Shown here one piece after another: positions 1 through 8,828 of a stretch of DNA of 47,224 nt. The notes beneath the pieces were generated by a model. It did not search any database and had not been told where the DNA came from. It saw only the letters and a program-made list of their open reading frames with translations. How positions within the stretch are numbered: the stretch's first letter is position 1; each line of letters begins with the position of its first letter. The translations under genes and the position numbers were made by a program. The stretch lies in IMG/VR virus record IMGVR_UViG_2778261507_000009, positions 1 through 47,224 of that record. One strand, 5' to 3'. The DNA is from a virus (lineage: Duplodnaviria; Heunggongvirae; Uroviricota; Caudoviricetes).

Positions 1-1248
1 ATGGCACTGAATATTCCATTCAGAAATGCGTACTATCGTTTTGCATCCAGTTACTCATTTCTCTTTTTTATTTCCTGGTCGCTGTGGTGGTCGTTATACG
101 CTATTTGGCTGAAAGGACATCTAGGGTTGACAGGGACGGAATTAGGTACACTTTATTCGGTCAACCAGTTTACCAGTATTCTATTTATGATGTTCTACGG
201 CATCGTTCAGGATAAACTCGGTCTGAAGAAACCGCTCATCTGGTGTATGAGTTTCATCCTGGTCTTGACCGGACCGTTTATGATTTACGTTTATGAACCG
301 TTACTGCAAAGCAATTTTTCTGTAGGTTTAATTCTGGGTGCGCTCTTTTTTGGCCTGGGTTATCTGGCGGGCTGCGGTTTGCTTGACAGCTTCACTGAAA
401 AAATGGCGCGAAATTTTCATTTCGAATATGGAACAGCGCGCGCCTGGGGATCTTTTGGCTATGCTATTGGCGCGTTCTTTGCCGGCATATTTTTTAGTAT
501 CAGTCCCCATATCAACTTCTGGTTGGTCTCGCTATTTGGCGCTGTATTTATGATGATCAACATGTGTTTTAAAGATAAGGATCACCAGTGCGTAGCGGCG
601 GATGCGGGAGGGGTAAAAAAAGAGGATTTTATCGCAGTTTTCAAGGATCGAAACTTCTGGGTTTTCGTCATATTTATTGTTGGGACGTGGTCTTTCTATA
701 ACATTTTTGATCAACAACTTTTTCCTGTCTTTTATGCAGGTTTATTCGAATCACACGATGTAGGAACGCGCCTGTATGGTTATCTCAACTCATTCCAGGT
801 GGTACTCGAAGCGCTGTGCATGGCGATTATTCCGTTCTTTGTGAATCGGGTAGGGCCAAAAAATGCATTACTTATCGGTGTTGTGATTATGGCGTTGCGT
901 ATCCTTTCCTGCGCGCTGTTCGTTAACCCCTGGATTATTTCATTAGTGAAGCTGTTACATGCCATTGAGGTTCCACTTTGTGTCATATCCGTCTTCAAAT
1001 ACAGCGTGGCAAACTTTGATAAGCGCCTGTCGTCGACGATCTTTCTGATTGGTTTTCAAATTGCCAGTTCGCTTGGGATTGTGCTGCTTTCAACGCCGAC
1101 TGGGATACTCTTTGACCACGCAGGCTACCAGACAGTTTTCTTCGCAATTTCGGGTATTGTCTGCCTGATGTTGCTATTTGGCATTTTCTTCTTGAGTAAA
1201 AAACACGAGCAAATAGTTATGGAAACGCCTGTACCTTCAGCAATATAG
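1..1248 (+). CDS. cscB: Sucrose permease CscB (MFS, LacY-type oligosaccharide:H+ symporter)
   Basis: 415-aa ORF, hydrophobic multi-TM profile; sequence matches my recollection of E. coli CscB; lies outside the prophage boundary. Confidence 0.8.
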   Translation: MALNIPFRNAYYRFASSYSFLFFISWSLWWSLYAIWLKGHLGLTGTELGTLYSVNQFTSILFMMFYGIVQDKLGLKKPLIWCMSFILVLTGPFMIYVYEPLLQSNFSVGLILGALFFGLGYLAGCGLLDSFTEKMARNFHFEYGTARAWGSFGYAIGAFFAGIFFSISPHINFWLVSLFGAVFMMINMCFKDKDHQCVAADAGGVKKEDFIAVFKDRNFWVFVIFIVGTWSFYNIFDQQLFPVFYAGLFESHDVGTRLYGYLNSFQVVLEALCMAIIPFFVNRVGPKNALLIGVVIMALRILSCALFVNPWIISLVKLLHAIEVPLCVISVFKYSVANFDKRLSSTIFLIGFQIASSLGIVLLSTPTGILFDHAGYQTVFFAISGIVCLMLLFGIFFLSKKHEQIVMETPVPSAI

Positions 1249-1689
1249 ACGTAAACTTTTTCCGGTTGTTGTCGATAGTTCTATATCCCTCAACCGGTAA
1301 ATAATAATAGTAAAATGCTTAGCCCTGCTAATAATCGCCTAATCCAAACACCTCATTCATGTTCTGGTACAGTCGCTCAAATGTACTCCGGATACACGGT
1401 TCGCTGATTTCCAGAACATTGTCGTCATTCAGCGACCTGTCCCGTGTATCACGGGCCTGCGAATTCATCAAGGAATGCATTGCGGAGTGAAGTATCGAGT
1501 CACGCCGTATTTCGCTATCAGGATTCTGTGTGATGGTTACATCGCCCGGCCCAGGGCTGTTTAGTCATCAGCGCTTTCTGACAGTGCTGAGATTTCAACC
1601 TGTTGCAGTAAAAATGAGTAGATATAGGGCAAGTGTGCTGCCAAACCCATCGTTTACGGGATGAAGGTAGATTTGGTTTGAAGGGTATC

Positions 1690-1704
1690 TGGTGTCCCCT
1701 GCAG
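1690..1704. repeat. Prophage attachment core, left copy (15 bp, TGGTGTCCCCTGCAG), identical to the 3' end of argW at 42117..42131
   Basis: Exact 15-bp direct repeat seen at both prophage ends; the right copy is the 3' end of the tRNA. Confidence 0.75.
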
Positions 1705-1777
1705 ACATCCACTTGAAGCGGCAGGGGATTGATTGGAATGGTGTTTTTTAGATGTGAAAAAAATTTTACCCGCTATT

Positions 1778-1978
1778 TTACCCATTGGCGCGGCTTAAGA
1801 GCTTATTTTTGAATTCACAATGGTCACGATATAACCATCTTGCTCGCCCGTGGATAACTTTGGCTTTAGGCAGGTCTCCGGACTTAATCCGGTCATAGAT
1901 GAAGGTTTTACCGAAGCCAGTATCGGCCATGATGAATTTCAAATCAACCAGGGAATCAGGCTGTAGTTCGTGTTGCAT
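1778..1978 (-). CDS. torI: Excisionase / recombination directionality factor, AlpA-TorI family
   Basis: 66-aa ORF next to left att; matches my recollection of TorI of the KplE1 prophage; AlpA-type HTH. Confidence 0.7.
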   Translation of the reverse strand: MQHELQPDSLVDLKFIMADTGFGKTFIYDRIKSGDLPKAKVIHGRARWLYRDHCEFKNKLLSRANG

Positions 1979-2021
1979 GAGTGCTATCTCCGAATAGGGA
2001 ATCGAACCTGCAAATCAGGCA

Positions 2022-2046
2022 ATAAAAAACCGCCATCAGGCGGTTT
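2022..2046 (-). terminator. Putative intrinsic terminator (hairpin AACCGCC-ATCAG-GGCGGTT followed by T-run on minus strand)
   Basis: Perfect 7-bp stem with U-tract on the minus strand, downstream of the ea genes. Confidence 0.5.
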
Positions 2047-2086
2047 GGTGTTCTTTCAGTTCTTCAATTCGAATATTGGTTACGTC

Positions 2087-2398
2087 TTATTCGATGCGCA
2101 CTCCTGGTATTTCGCCTTTTGATATTGCTAAGTCATAAATTTGCGCAGCACTATACCCATCTCGCATCCATGAATCTAAGGCGCGAACAGCCTCGCTACG
2201 CTTTTTATCTTCTCTCTCATTTTTGATATCAACGAGGACATCAACGCAATTAAGGCAAATGTGGATTTTGTCCTTACATTCGATCATGGCGGCTTTACCA
2301 TGATTTACTCCACACAGTGAGCATAAATCTTCAGGGTCTGGCTGGTATTTCTGTAACGTTAAATGGTTGAATGTTGAACAGGCCATAATCATCTCCAT
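2087..2398 (-). CDS. Hypothetical Cys-rich (zinc-ribbon-like) early accessory protein
   Basis: 103-aa ORF in the early-left operon; CxxC...CxxC spacing. Confidence 0.5.
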   Translation of the reverse strand: MEMIMACSTFNHLTLQKYQPDPEDLCSLCGVNHGKAAMIECKDKIHICLNCVDVLVDIKNEREDKKRSEAVRALDSWMRDGYSAAQIYDLAISKGEIPGVRIE

Positions 2399-2457
2399 AA
2401 AACAAAACTCGCCGTAGCGAGTTCAGATAAAAGAAATCCCCGCGAGTGCGAGGATTG

Positions 2458-2772
2458 TTATTCATTGCCGATATTCACCTTTATAGCGAACACCTTTACC
2501 GGTTTATCGCCGAAGTGCGGATGTGTGATTTTCTTGATTTCATATCCGTCATACGGAACGTCAATTCTGCGGCTGGAATCGTCACGCTTCGGATATCCCT
2601 TTGTGATAATCAGGCGGTCATATTCCCGGAACATAATTCGCTTATTCCAGTAGTCATTACACAGGCGATACTCTTCTGTTTTCTCTCCGCGAATCATGGC
2701 ATCGAAGTATTCACCTTTAACGGCAAGTTGCAGGTTAGCCACGGTTAACCTCCTGCGGCGGTTTTGCTGCAA
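2458..2772 (-). CDS. Hypothetical early accessory protein, possibly ASCH/PUA-like fold
   Basis: 104-aa ORF; pattern EYFDAMIRGEKTEEYR resembles ASCH-type domains (weak inference). Confidence 0.4.
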   Translation of the reverse strand: MQQNRRRRLTVANLQLAVKGEYFDAMIRGEKTEEYRLCNDYWNKRIMFREYDRLIITKGYPKRDDSSRRIDVPYDGYEIKKITHPHFGDKPVKVFAIKVNIGNE

Positions 2773-3214
2773 AATACTCGATACCTTTATCCCAGATAGA
2801 TTTTATGGTCGACCACGTGACTGGCACTTTAATTTCAATACGTCCGCTCCCGTCACAGGTATCGCAATCATCATCGCCAAAGCATTCCAGGCAGCTTATA
2901 AACGTAGTTTCTGAAAATTCACCGGATAGCGCCCCCTTAGCGCCGTTCTCGGCTGTTAGTCTCTTCGGCACCATAACCCAACCATCCGGAGTTACCGGAG
3001 AGTTGCCGCTGGGCGACTCGGCAATTTTTGGCGAAGAATCCAGAGCTGGTGCGGTCTGCATGGTGGTGGTCGACTCGGCGTTTTCGGCACCCTGAAGCAT
3101 TGCCATCTCCACGATTTCAACCATGTCTTCTGGTGGAACTTTGCAGTGCAGGCCGATGTGTCTTTGCTGCTTGGCGTATTCCAGGATGTGCTGTAACTTG
3201 GCGCGATTAATCAT
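2735..3214 (-). CDS. Hypothetical early accessory protein with C-terminal Cys cluster
   Basis: 159-aa ORF; CLECFGDDDCDTCDGSG motif; overlaps downstream gene by 38 nt. Confidence 0.5.
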   Translation of the reverse strand: MINRAKLQHILEYAKQQRHIGLHCKVPPEDMVEIVEMAMLQGAENAESTTTMQTAPALDSSPKIAESPSGNSPVTPDGWVMVPKRLTAENGAKGALSGEFSETTFISCLECFGDDDCDTCDGSGRIEIKVPVTWSTIKSIWDKGIEYFAAKPPQEVNRG

Positions 3215-3684
3215 GGTTTACCTCCCTGAAGCATGGCGGCGCGGCGATTAACAACTTCTATCAGCGCCTCTTCCGCGTCGCTAAGGCAATCTAAAATTCC
3301 TCGCTTGTCGCCGTCGAAGTCATTCAGATCGAGACGAATACGTGCAACTTTCTGTATTGCGGCCATCACGTCATCAGGCACAGATACCGGCGCTGGCGGG
3401 GCGGTGTATAGCGCAACCACATCCCCAACAGTCCGCTCCATTGCCTCACCTAAATCACGATATGCTGGCGTTGATATGATGCTGCTATCCTTCAAATCAT
3501 CCGCCATAACATAAGCCACAGCCTCCGCTTCGAGCGATGCCAGCGCGATAGCCAGCAGCTCGTTATCCATCGCCAATCCATCAGCGTCAGGGTCCCTACT
3601 GATTCGGTATTTATTGATTGCCGTTACCTGGTTAATTCGGGCTATTAACTGCTCTTTGGTGAACCCTTTGGTAATAGTGCTCAT
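3211..3684 (-). CDS. Hypothetical early accessory protein
   Basis: 157-aa ORF; 4-nt start/stop overlap with the downstream gene (2735..3214), typical of a phage operon. Confidence 0.5.
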   Translation of the reverse strand: MSTITKGFTKEQLIARINQVTAINKYRISRDPDADGLAMDNELLAIALASLEAEAVAYVMADDLKDSSIISTPAYRDLGEAMERTVGDVVALYTAPPAPVSVPDDVMAAIQKVARIRLDLNDFDGDKRGILDCLSDAEEALIEVVNRRAAMLQGGKP

Positions 3685-3694
3685 GGGTTAGTCC

Positions 3695-3901
3695 TCAGTA
3701 CACGAAGTCGCAAGTAAATTCATGTCCGCATTCCGGGCATGCCGTTTCATAATCACGAGTTGCTACGGTGTCCGTTTCGCAAATCTGGATAGACGAGCAG
3801 CCTTCAGAAAGCTGAGGTCGTAAATCAAAAACGTGCTTACACTGCGGGCACTGGGTATCGAGTGACAAACTCCACTCTGCGGTTGTATCAGCCATGCTCA
3901 C
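3695..3901 (-). CDS. Small zinc-finger protein (CPQC...CPEC)
   Basis: 68-aa ORF with two CxxC pairs. Confidence 0.5.
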   Translation of the reverse strand: MSMADTTAEWSLSLDTQCPQCKHVFDLRPQLSEGCSSIQICETDTVATRDYETACPECGHEFTCDFVY

Positions 3902-4599
3902 TCCCCTTTACCGATGCCAGCGGCGCGGATTGCTTTTGCGCACTCAGAAATTGCCTGGTTCCAGACTTCTGTTTCACCCCATAACACGCTACCCGCGTAT
4001 TCAGCCGGGCAATATTTTTGTGCCGGAAGCGTCACTGTTCTCGACTCCAGCTCAGCGTTGCGCTTCTCTGCGGATTCCAACGCCGCAACCAATTCGTCTA
4101 CAGTTCCGGCAGCTTGCAGTGCGTAATCGGTAATAGCCATCTCATGATCAATTTCAGTACCGTTCTCATTCGTTGAGGTGATAGCAAAATAATCAGAGTC
4201 GATTTCGTTATCAGCTAAGTGGCGTAGCGTATCGGCAACAAGCCGGCCGTTTTCGATTAGCAGCTTCCCTACCGTTAGCGCAATATCCTCGTTCTCCTGA
4301 TCGCGGCTTTTGATGTATTGCTGGTTTCTTTCCCGTTCATCCAGTAGTGCCAGCACGGTAGCCGGATTGGCTGCGGCGATGAATTCAGCATTGGCCTGCT
4401 GTTCCATTTGGAAATCTTCATCGAAACCGCTTTCAGGATGCGCTCCTTCAATTCTGCAAATAGGAAGATATCCAACAACTTCACGATGAATTAGCGCATC
4501 ATCAGCATCAAGTCTCTCCTCTCCATATTCGAGCGACCACTCGCCACACGTTGCTTTTTCTGCCTTAGCACGCAGTGCCTGATAGTCAATCTTGCTCAC
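3898..4599 (-). CDS. Ead/Ea22-like early protein
   Basis: 233-aa acidic ORF in early-left region; resembles Ead/Ea22 family from memory. Confidence 0.5.
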   Translation of the reverse strand: MSKIDYQALRAKAEKATCGEWSLEYGEERLDADDALIHREVVGYLPICRIEGAHPESGFDEDFQMEQQANAEFIAAANPATVLALLDERERNQQYIKSRDQENEDIALTVGKLLIENGRLVADTLRHLADNEIDSDYFAITSTNENGTEIDHEMAITDYALQAAGTVDELVAALESAEKRNAELESRTVTLPAQKYCPAEYAGSVLWGETEVWNQAISECAKAIRAAGIGKGE

Positions 4600-5165
4600 T
4601 GGTTGCCTCCTTTGCGAAGCTGGGCAGCAAAGTCAACTAACCACTCAGTCATTTCAACCTTCCCTACCAGGTCTGAACCAGGGTGCATACAGCAATCACT
4701 CTGCGCCGCTTTGAAATCCTTATACTCATATTCTTGGGCAACCAGATTTTTTGCAGCTTCTATAGCAGCATCCACCCCCTGCGCCCGGACTTCAGCCAGG
4801 AAAGCATCAGTGGTTGGCGTTTCAGGTATCTGTCTCCTCATCCGTTCTATTGCATGATTGAACCCGAAGTCTTCCGCGAGAGATACGTCATCCATATTGT
4901 CATTGTCATCCTCAATATCCCGTGATTCTGGAATTGCAGACTTTATTCCCGCATTCTCCGCCGCCAGCGCCGCGCACTTGGCCTCAAGGTTATCAATCGT
5001 GATTCCAGCAGAACGACACTCCCGCAACGCCGTTTCCAGTTTTGATTCAAGTTCACCGAACTTACGGACAAGATATTCAGCGTTTGTTTCGTTAACCTTT
5101 AAATCTCGTGGGATGCATTTACCTTTCAGAAATCCATCCATCTCAATTAGTGACATTTGTTTCAT
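4596..5165 (-). CDS. Ead/Ea22-like early protein
   Basis: 189-aa ORF, translationally coupled to neighbours. Confidence 0.5.
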   Translation of the reverse strand: MKQMSLIEMDGFLKGKCIPRDLKVNETNAEYLVRKFGELESKLETALRECRSAGITIDNLEAKCAALAAENAGIKSAIPESRDIEDDNDNMDDVSLAEDFGFNHAIERMRRQIPETPTTDAFLAEVRAQGVDAAIEAAKNLVAQEYEYKDFKAAQSDCCMHPGSDLVGKVEMTEWLVDFAAQLRKGGNQ

Positions 5166-5326
5166 TTCTTCACACTCCGCAACATCGCATTCAGATATTT
5201 GTTTTGATTCACTGATGGAAAAGAATTTCTCTTAAGCAATTCCTCTCTCGATGGCATTGGCTTTACGCGTTGGCGAATAATCATTTCTGCCGGAAGAATG
5301 CCGGGATTGTATGCAAGTCCTCTCAT
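5162..5326 (-). CDS. Small hypothetical protein (Abc1-position)
   Basis: 54-aa ORF with GAGGA RBS 7 nt upstream of ATG; position downstream of abc2. Confidence 0.35.
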   Translation of the reverse strand: MRGLAYNPGILPAEMIIRQRVKPMPSREELLKRNSFPSVNQNKYLNAMLRSVKK

Positions 5327-5336
5327 GGTAAATTCC

Positions 5337-5633
5337 TCAGTCATTACTGATAGCGCCATAGCGTGAGCGGTAATTACGCAGGCGCGGGTCGATATATTCA
5401 GGGAAGTGGATATATGTGGCTTTGCGGAATGGTCGGATTGATGTCTGGTAAATTCGCTCGCGTTCTTCTTTCTCTGCAAGCCATATACAGTGGCGAAACT
5501 CCTTTTCCTCTTTCGTTTCCTGCGGTAGCGACATTATCAGGTCGTAGTTTTTTCTGAATTTATCCAGCACCTCCGATACGGAATTGCCGGAACAGCGGCG
5601 CGCGTCATCCGCACCATACAAAGGCGCTGGCAT
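5337..5633 (-). CDS. abc2: Anti-RecBCD protein Abc2-like
   Basis: 98-aa ORF; N-terminus [10 protein letters not shown]... matches my recollection of P22 Abc2. Confidence 0.55.
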   Translation of the reverse strand: MPAPLYGADDARRCSGNSVSEVLDKFRKNYDLIMSLPQETKEEKEFRHCIWLAEKEERERIYQTSIRPFRKATYIHFPEYIDPRLRNYRSRYGAISND

Positions 5634-5656
5634 AATTAAATCCTTATTTTTCTAAA

Positions 5657-6040
5657 TCAGAATGGGATGGAATCGTCGTATTCAGGATGATTTTGATGAT
5701 TGCTACTTTGCTGCTGTTGGCTGTTTCCTGAAGTTGCAAATCCAATCTTTGCATTCAGTAATTCAAGAGTGATTGATTGACCATTTTGCCCCTGATAAAC
5801 ATCAACCCTGATGTTTTCTCCGGTAATTTCTACAATGCCACCTTCAACAAGAACACTACGGTAGTAATCCGCTTGCGCTCCCGGCTTGGCAAATACAACG
5901 GCGCTGTAGTTTGTCCATTCTTTCTTTTTTGTCTGGCGATCGTAATACTGAACGCCAGCACGGATGTTGAATCCGATATTTTCCCCGGCCTGAAACTCTC
6001 TTGCGGGTTTGTTTAGTCTTACAGTAATCGAATGTGCCAT
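5657..6040 (-). CDS. Single-strand DNA-binding-like protein with SSB-type acidic C-terminal tail (DDSIPF)
   Basis: ATG overlaps erf stop (TAATG coupling); C-terminal DDSIPF tail is the SSB hallmark. Confidence 0.5.
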   Translation of the reverse strand: MAHSITVRLNKPAREFQAGENIGFNIRAGVQYYDRQTKKKEWTNYSAVVFAKPGAQADYYRSVLVEGGIVEITGENIRVDVYQGQNGQSITLELLNAKIGFATSGNSQQQQSSNHQNHPEYDDSIPF

Positions 6041-6645
6041 TAAGCAGCCGCTCCTTCTAATTCGTCTCGTCTGATGTTGTAAACGTCCTGCGCTTTGTGC
6101 TGCTCCGGTGTGCCTTCGAGCATCTTCCACGCTTTGGCGAACGCCTGTTTAAGCTCTTCTACGGTGTTTTTCTGCATTGCTGCGTCAGTGAATGCTTTTA
6201 GAACCTGTTCAGGTGTAGGTGATGGTTTTGATTGCTTTGCTGCTGCGTTCTGCTGATGTTTATGCTCGTCTGTATCTGCATCTTTCGCATCATCAATGCC
6301 GAACAAACCATTGAGGCAATACTTGCGTGCATAAGAGCTTGTAGCTCCCGTAACTTGTGCAGAATCCATTCCTTTCTTGCTTTCTTCCTCTCGTGCAAGA
6401 GCGGTTGCCGTATGACTGTTTTCGCCATCGGTAATAGTTGCCGTGGCTTTCACGTAATACCGATCACCAATCAACACAACTTCATCGCTGATTGATAAAA
6501 ACAGACCATTCAGTAACGGCTTAACGCCTTCAAGAATATCTTCGCAGCTTCTGTATTTATATTTACCGAATGAGTTGTACTGATTCTTTGGCGCGTTCAG
6601 ATTCTCCTGAATAGCTGCCAGTCTTGCGTAAAATTCTTTGCTCAT
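6040..6645 (-). CDS. erf: Erf family single-strand annealing recombinase
   Basis: Sequence from MSKEFYARL... closely resembles P22 Erf as I recall it; alternative upstream start at 6675. Confidence 0.7.
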   Translation of the reverse strand: MSKEFYARLAAIQENLNAPKNQYNSFGKYKYRSCEDILEGVKPLLNGLFLSISDEVVLIGDRYYVKATATITDGENSHTATALAREEESKKGMDSAQVTGATSSYARKYCLNGLFGIDDAKDADTDEHKHQQNAAAKQSKPSPTPEQVLKAFTDAAMQKNTVEELKQAFAKAWKMLEGTPEQHKAQDVYNIRRDELEGAAA

Positions 6646-6746
6646 ATGATTGTTCTCAGAATGGACACGGCCCAAGGAAATAACGCTGATTTAATACTTC
6701 GACTCGGGACAAATTAAGGCATACCCGCATTCCTTCTCGGTCGCCA

Positions 6747-6905
6747 TTATGGCGATACCAGAGAGCTTTCTGCGTGTACATGCGTCTCTGTAACTTGCTC
6801 TCCTTCACTGTGGTTGCAAGTGACATGAATATCTCCTTCGTTACCGATTAATTCTTTCATCTGACGAATGAATTCTTCGTCTGACCAGTTATCTGTAAAA
6901 CTCAT
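6747..6905 (-). CDS. Small hypothetical protein
   Basis: 52-aa ORF, ATGA overlap with kil stop. Confidence 0.3.
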   Translation of the reverse strand: MSFTDNWSDEEFIRQMKELIGNEGDIHVTCNHSEGEQVTETHVHAESSLVSP

Positions 6906-7054
6906 TTCCTGCGATACCACGGAAGGTTGATAGCTGATTTCATCGCTTTATTTGCTTCAAGCCACATTTTTGAATCACCAATAAATCGGGCTATTACTGC
7001 TTTGTTCTGTGCCGCACGAAGCATCTGGTGATTAATGGCTATTTCATTGCGCAT
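6902..7054 (-). CDS. kil: Kil-like host cell division inhibitor
   Basis: 50-aa ORF; IARFIGDSKMW resembles lambda Kil IATFIGDEKMF. Confidence 0.5.
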   Translation of the reverse strand: MRNEIAINHQMLRAAQNKAVIARFIGDSKMWLEANKAMKSAINLPWYRRK

Positions 7055-7170
7055 AATAAGACCTCAACTCTTTTCCATCCGTCACGTAATTTACGGGTGA
7101 TTCGTTCAAGTAAAGATTCATTTAGTTGGAAGGCACCCATGCGAGCGCCTCCCGCGATTGCGTAAATCAT
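7039..7170 (-). CDS. cIII: CIII protease inhibitor
   Basis: 43-aa ORF with ESLLERITRKLRDGWKR, identical core to lambda CIII as recalled. Confidence 0.7.
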   Translation of the reverse strand: MIYAIAGGARMGAFQLNESLLERITRKLRDGWKRVEVLLCAMK

Positions 7171-7194
7171 GGGTGGTTCCTTATGTTGGTTTTA

Positions 7195-8163
7195 TTAGTA
7201 GGTTATTTTTGTTGCGAATACTTCGCCTTTTACGATGGCTGTTATGATATTTTTAGCAACATCTTCTGATGCACCAACCTTGATAAGGTCAGCAAGTATT
7301 TTGTTATTTACTTCTTTCCGGTGAGCTTTATCCTTTGCTCTACGCTCTTCTTCTTCCTTGATTCTTTTTTCTTCTGCTATTCTGGCTTGCTCTTTTGCTT
7401 CAGCCTCGCGCCGGATTCGTTCAGCCTCCTCCTGTGCTTTTCGGCGTTCTGCTTCAATTGCCGCCTGCTTTTCTCTTTCAGCTCGTTCTGCTGCCTCTTT
7501 TGCTTCGCGCTGTGCTCGTTGCTCGGCTTCAATGCGTTCACGCTCTGCACGTTCCGCTGCGGCCTTAGCTTCTGCTTCTCGCCTTGCTGCTGCTTCAATT
7601 TCGGCTTTTGCCTTTGCTTCGGCTTCTGCTCTGGCTCTCTCTTCAGCTTCTCTTTTTAAGCGTTCTTCATGCTCTCGCTTTTCCCGCTCCGCTTTGAGTC
7701 TTGCCTCTTCTCTTTGGCGGTCAAATTCGCGATCCATCAAAATCGCTATTTCATGGTCAGACTCAATTTGCTTTGCGAGAGCTTCAGCTGCTGCCTTAGC
7801 TTCTTCTTCGGCTTTAATCCGTGCCTGCTCCTCCTCATAATCAGTAAGAGGCTGGCGCGCCTTGGCTTTCAGTTCATCAAGGCGATCGCGCACTGTCTTG
7901 CGGTTGGCATCAATTAGCTTTGGAATTTCCTTCAGTTCAGCAACAAGGTCTTTGCCAAGACCATCGAGATATGTTTTCGTCTGCGCAACTTTATACGCCA
8001 GAGAAGCGATCTCCTTTCTGCCCTTTGCCGTTGTGATATCAGGCACAAAGGACATAACTTCACGTTCAACCTTTTGAAGGATTTCTTCAATCTGGTCGGC
8101 AGACTGAAATACAGTCATTGCATTTGCTTTTTCAATAACAACTAAATCTGTTACTTCACTCAT
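7195..8163 (-). CDS. Hypothetical coiled-coil protein with long Glu/Arg/Ala-rich low-complexity repeat
   Basis: 322-aa ORF; central roughly 130 residues are EAxxAR-type repeats. Confidence 0.6.
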   Translation of the reverse strand: MSEVTDLVVIEKANAMTVFQSADQIEEILQKVEREVMSFVPDITTAKGRKEIASLAYKVAQTKTYLDGLGKDLVAELKEIPKLIDANRKTVRDRLDELKAKARQPLTDYEEEQARIKAEEEAKAAAEALAKQIESDHEIAILMDREFDRQREEARLKAEREKREHEERLKREAEERARAEAEAKAKAEIEAAARREAEAKAAAERAERERIEAEQRAQREAKEAAERAEREKQAAIEAERRKAQEEAERIRREAEAKEQARIAEEKRIKEEEERRAKDKAHRKEVNNKILADLIKVGASEDVAKNIITAIVKGEVFATKITY

Positions 8164-8198
8164 ATATCCTCCTTAATTTGTATGCGTCAAATCCGCGC

Positions 8199-8510
8199 TC
8201 AGGCTGCTGAGGTTTCTTCTTTCAGGCTTTCGATATATTTACGTGGGTCGTCGTAACATTGGCATTCGCTGTACCAATCCACCCAGCGATCAGTAAGCCC
8301 CATCTCTGATAAATCTTCATCGGTAAGGCTCTCATCCCACATCTCAAGGCCGTTAGCATTGCAGTAATCAGGCTTGATGTTGTTGTCATACTGAAAGGCG
8401 TCATAATCAGCCAGTGCGTCCATCAGGCGAACACCCTCTTCAACACTTGCCACTTCTACAATGAACGGCTTCATAGGTACTTGCGGGATATGCCAGACAC
8501 GTAATTTCAT
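8199..8510 (-). CDS. Hypothetical strongly acidic small protein
   Basis: 103-aa ORF; about 24 Asp/Glu versus about 9 basic residues. Confidence 0.5.
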   Translation of the reverse strand: MKLRVWHIPQVPMKPFIVEVASVEEGVRLMDALADYDAFQYDNNIKPDYCNANGLEMWDESLTDEDLSEMGLTDRWVDWYSECQCYDDPRKYIESLKEETSAA

Positions 8511-8828
8511 ATTTCCTCCGTCAAAAAAATTGCCCTCAATATGATGGCAAAGAAGATTTCCAATAATCAGAACAAGTCGGCTCCTGTTTAGTTACGAGCG
8601 ACATTGCTCCGTGTATTCACTCGTTGGAATGAATACACAGTGCAGTATTTATTCTGTTATTTATGCCAAAAGTAAAGGCCGAATATTCGGCTTCATTCCT
8701 CAAACTTAATCTCTGCTATTTCCCGGTCACCATCGCAAAACAGGTAAGATTCAGAGAACTGGTTTATAAATGAAATTATTCTTTCAATTTTAATTAGCGA
8801 ATATTTCTGCTCTAATGGGTTATGCGGC

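Noticed and set aside
1518-1712. 64-aa minus-strand ORF spanning the left att core
   Set aside because: Crosses the host/prophage junction, has no RBS, and has a composition unlike neighbouring genes; most likely non-coding att flank.
7321-7917. Plus-strand ORFs of 112, 160 and 82 aa
   Set aside because: Antisense to the coiled-coil gene; low-complexity Ser/Ala/Cys/Phe translations are the mirror image of its Glu/Ala/Arg repeat. Artefacts of the repeat.
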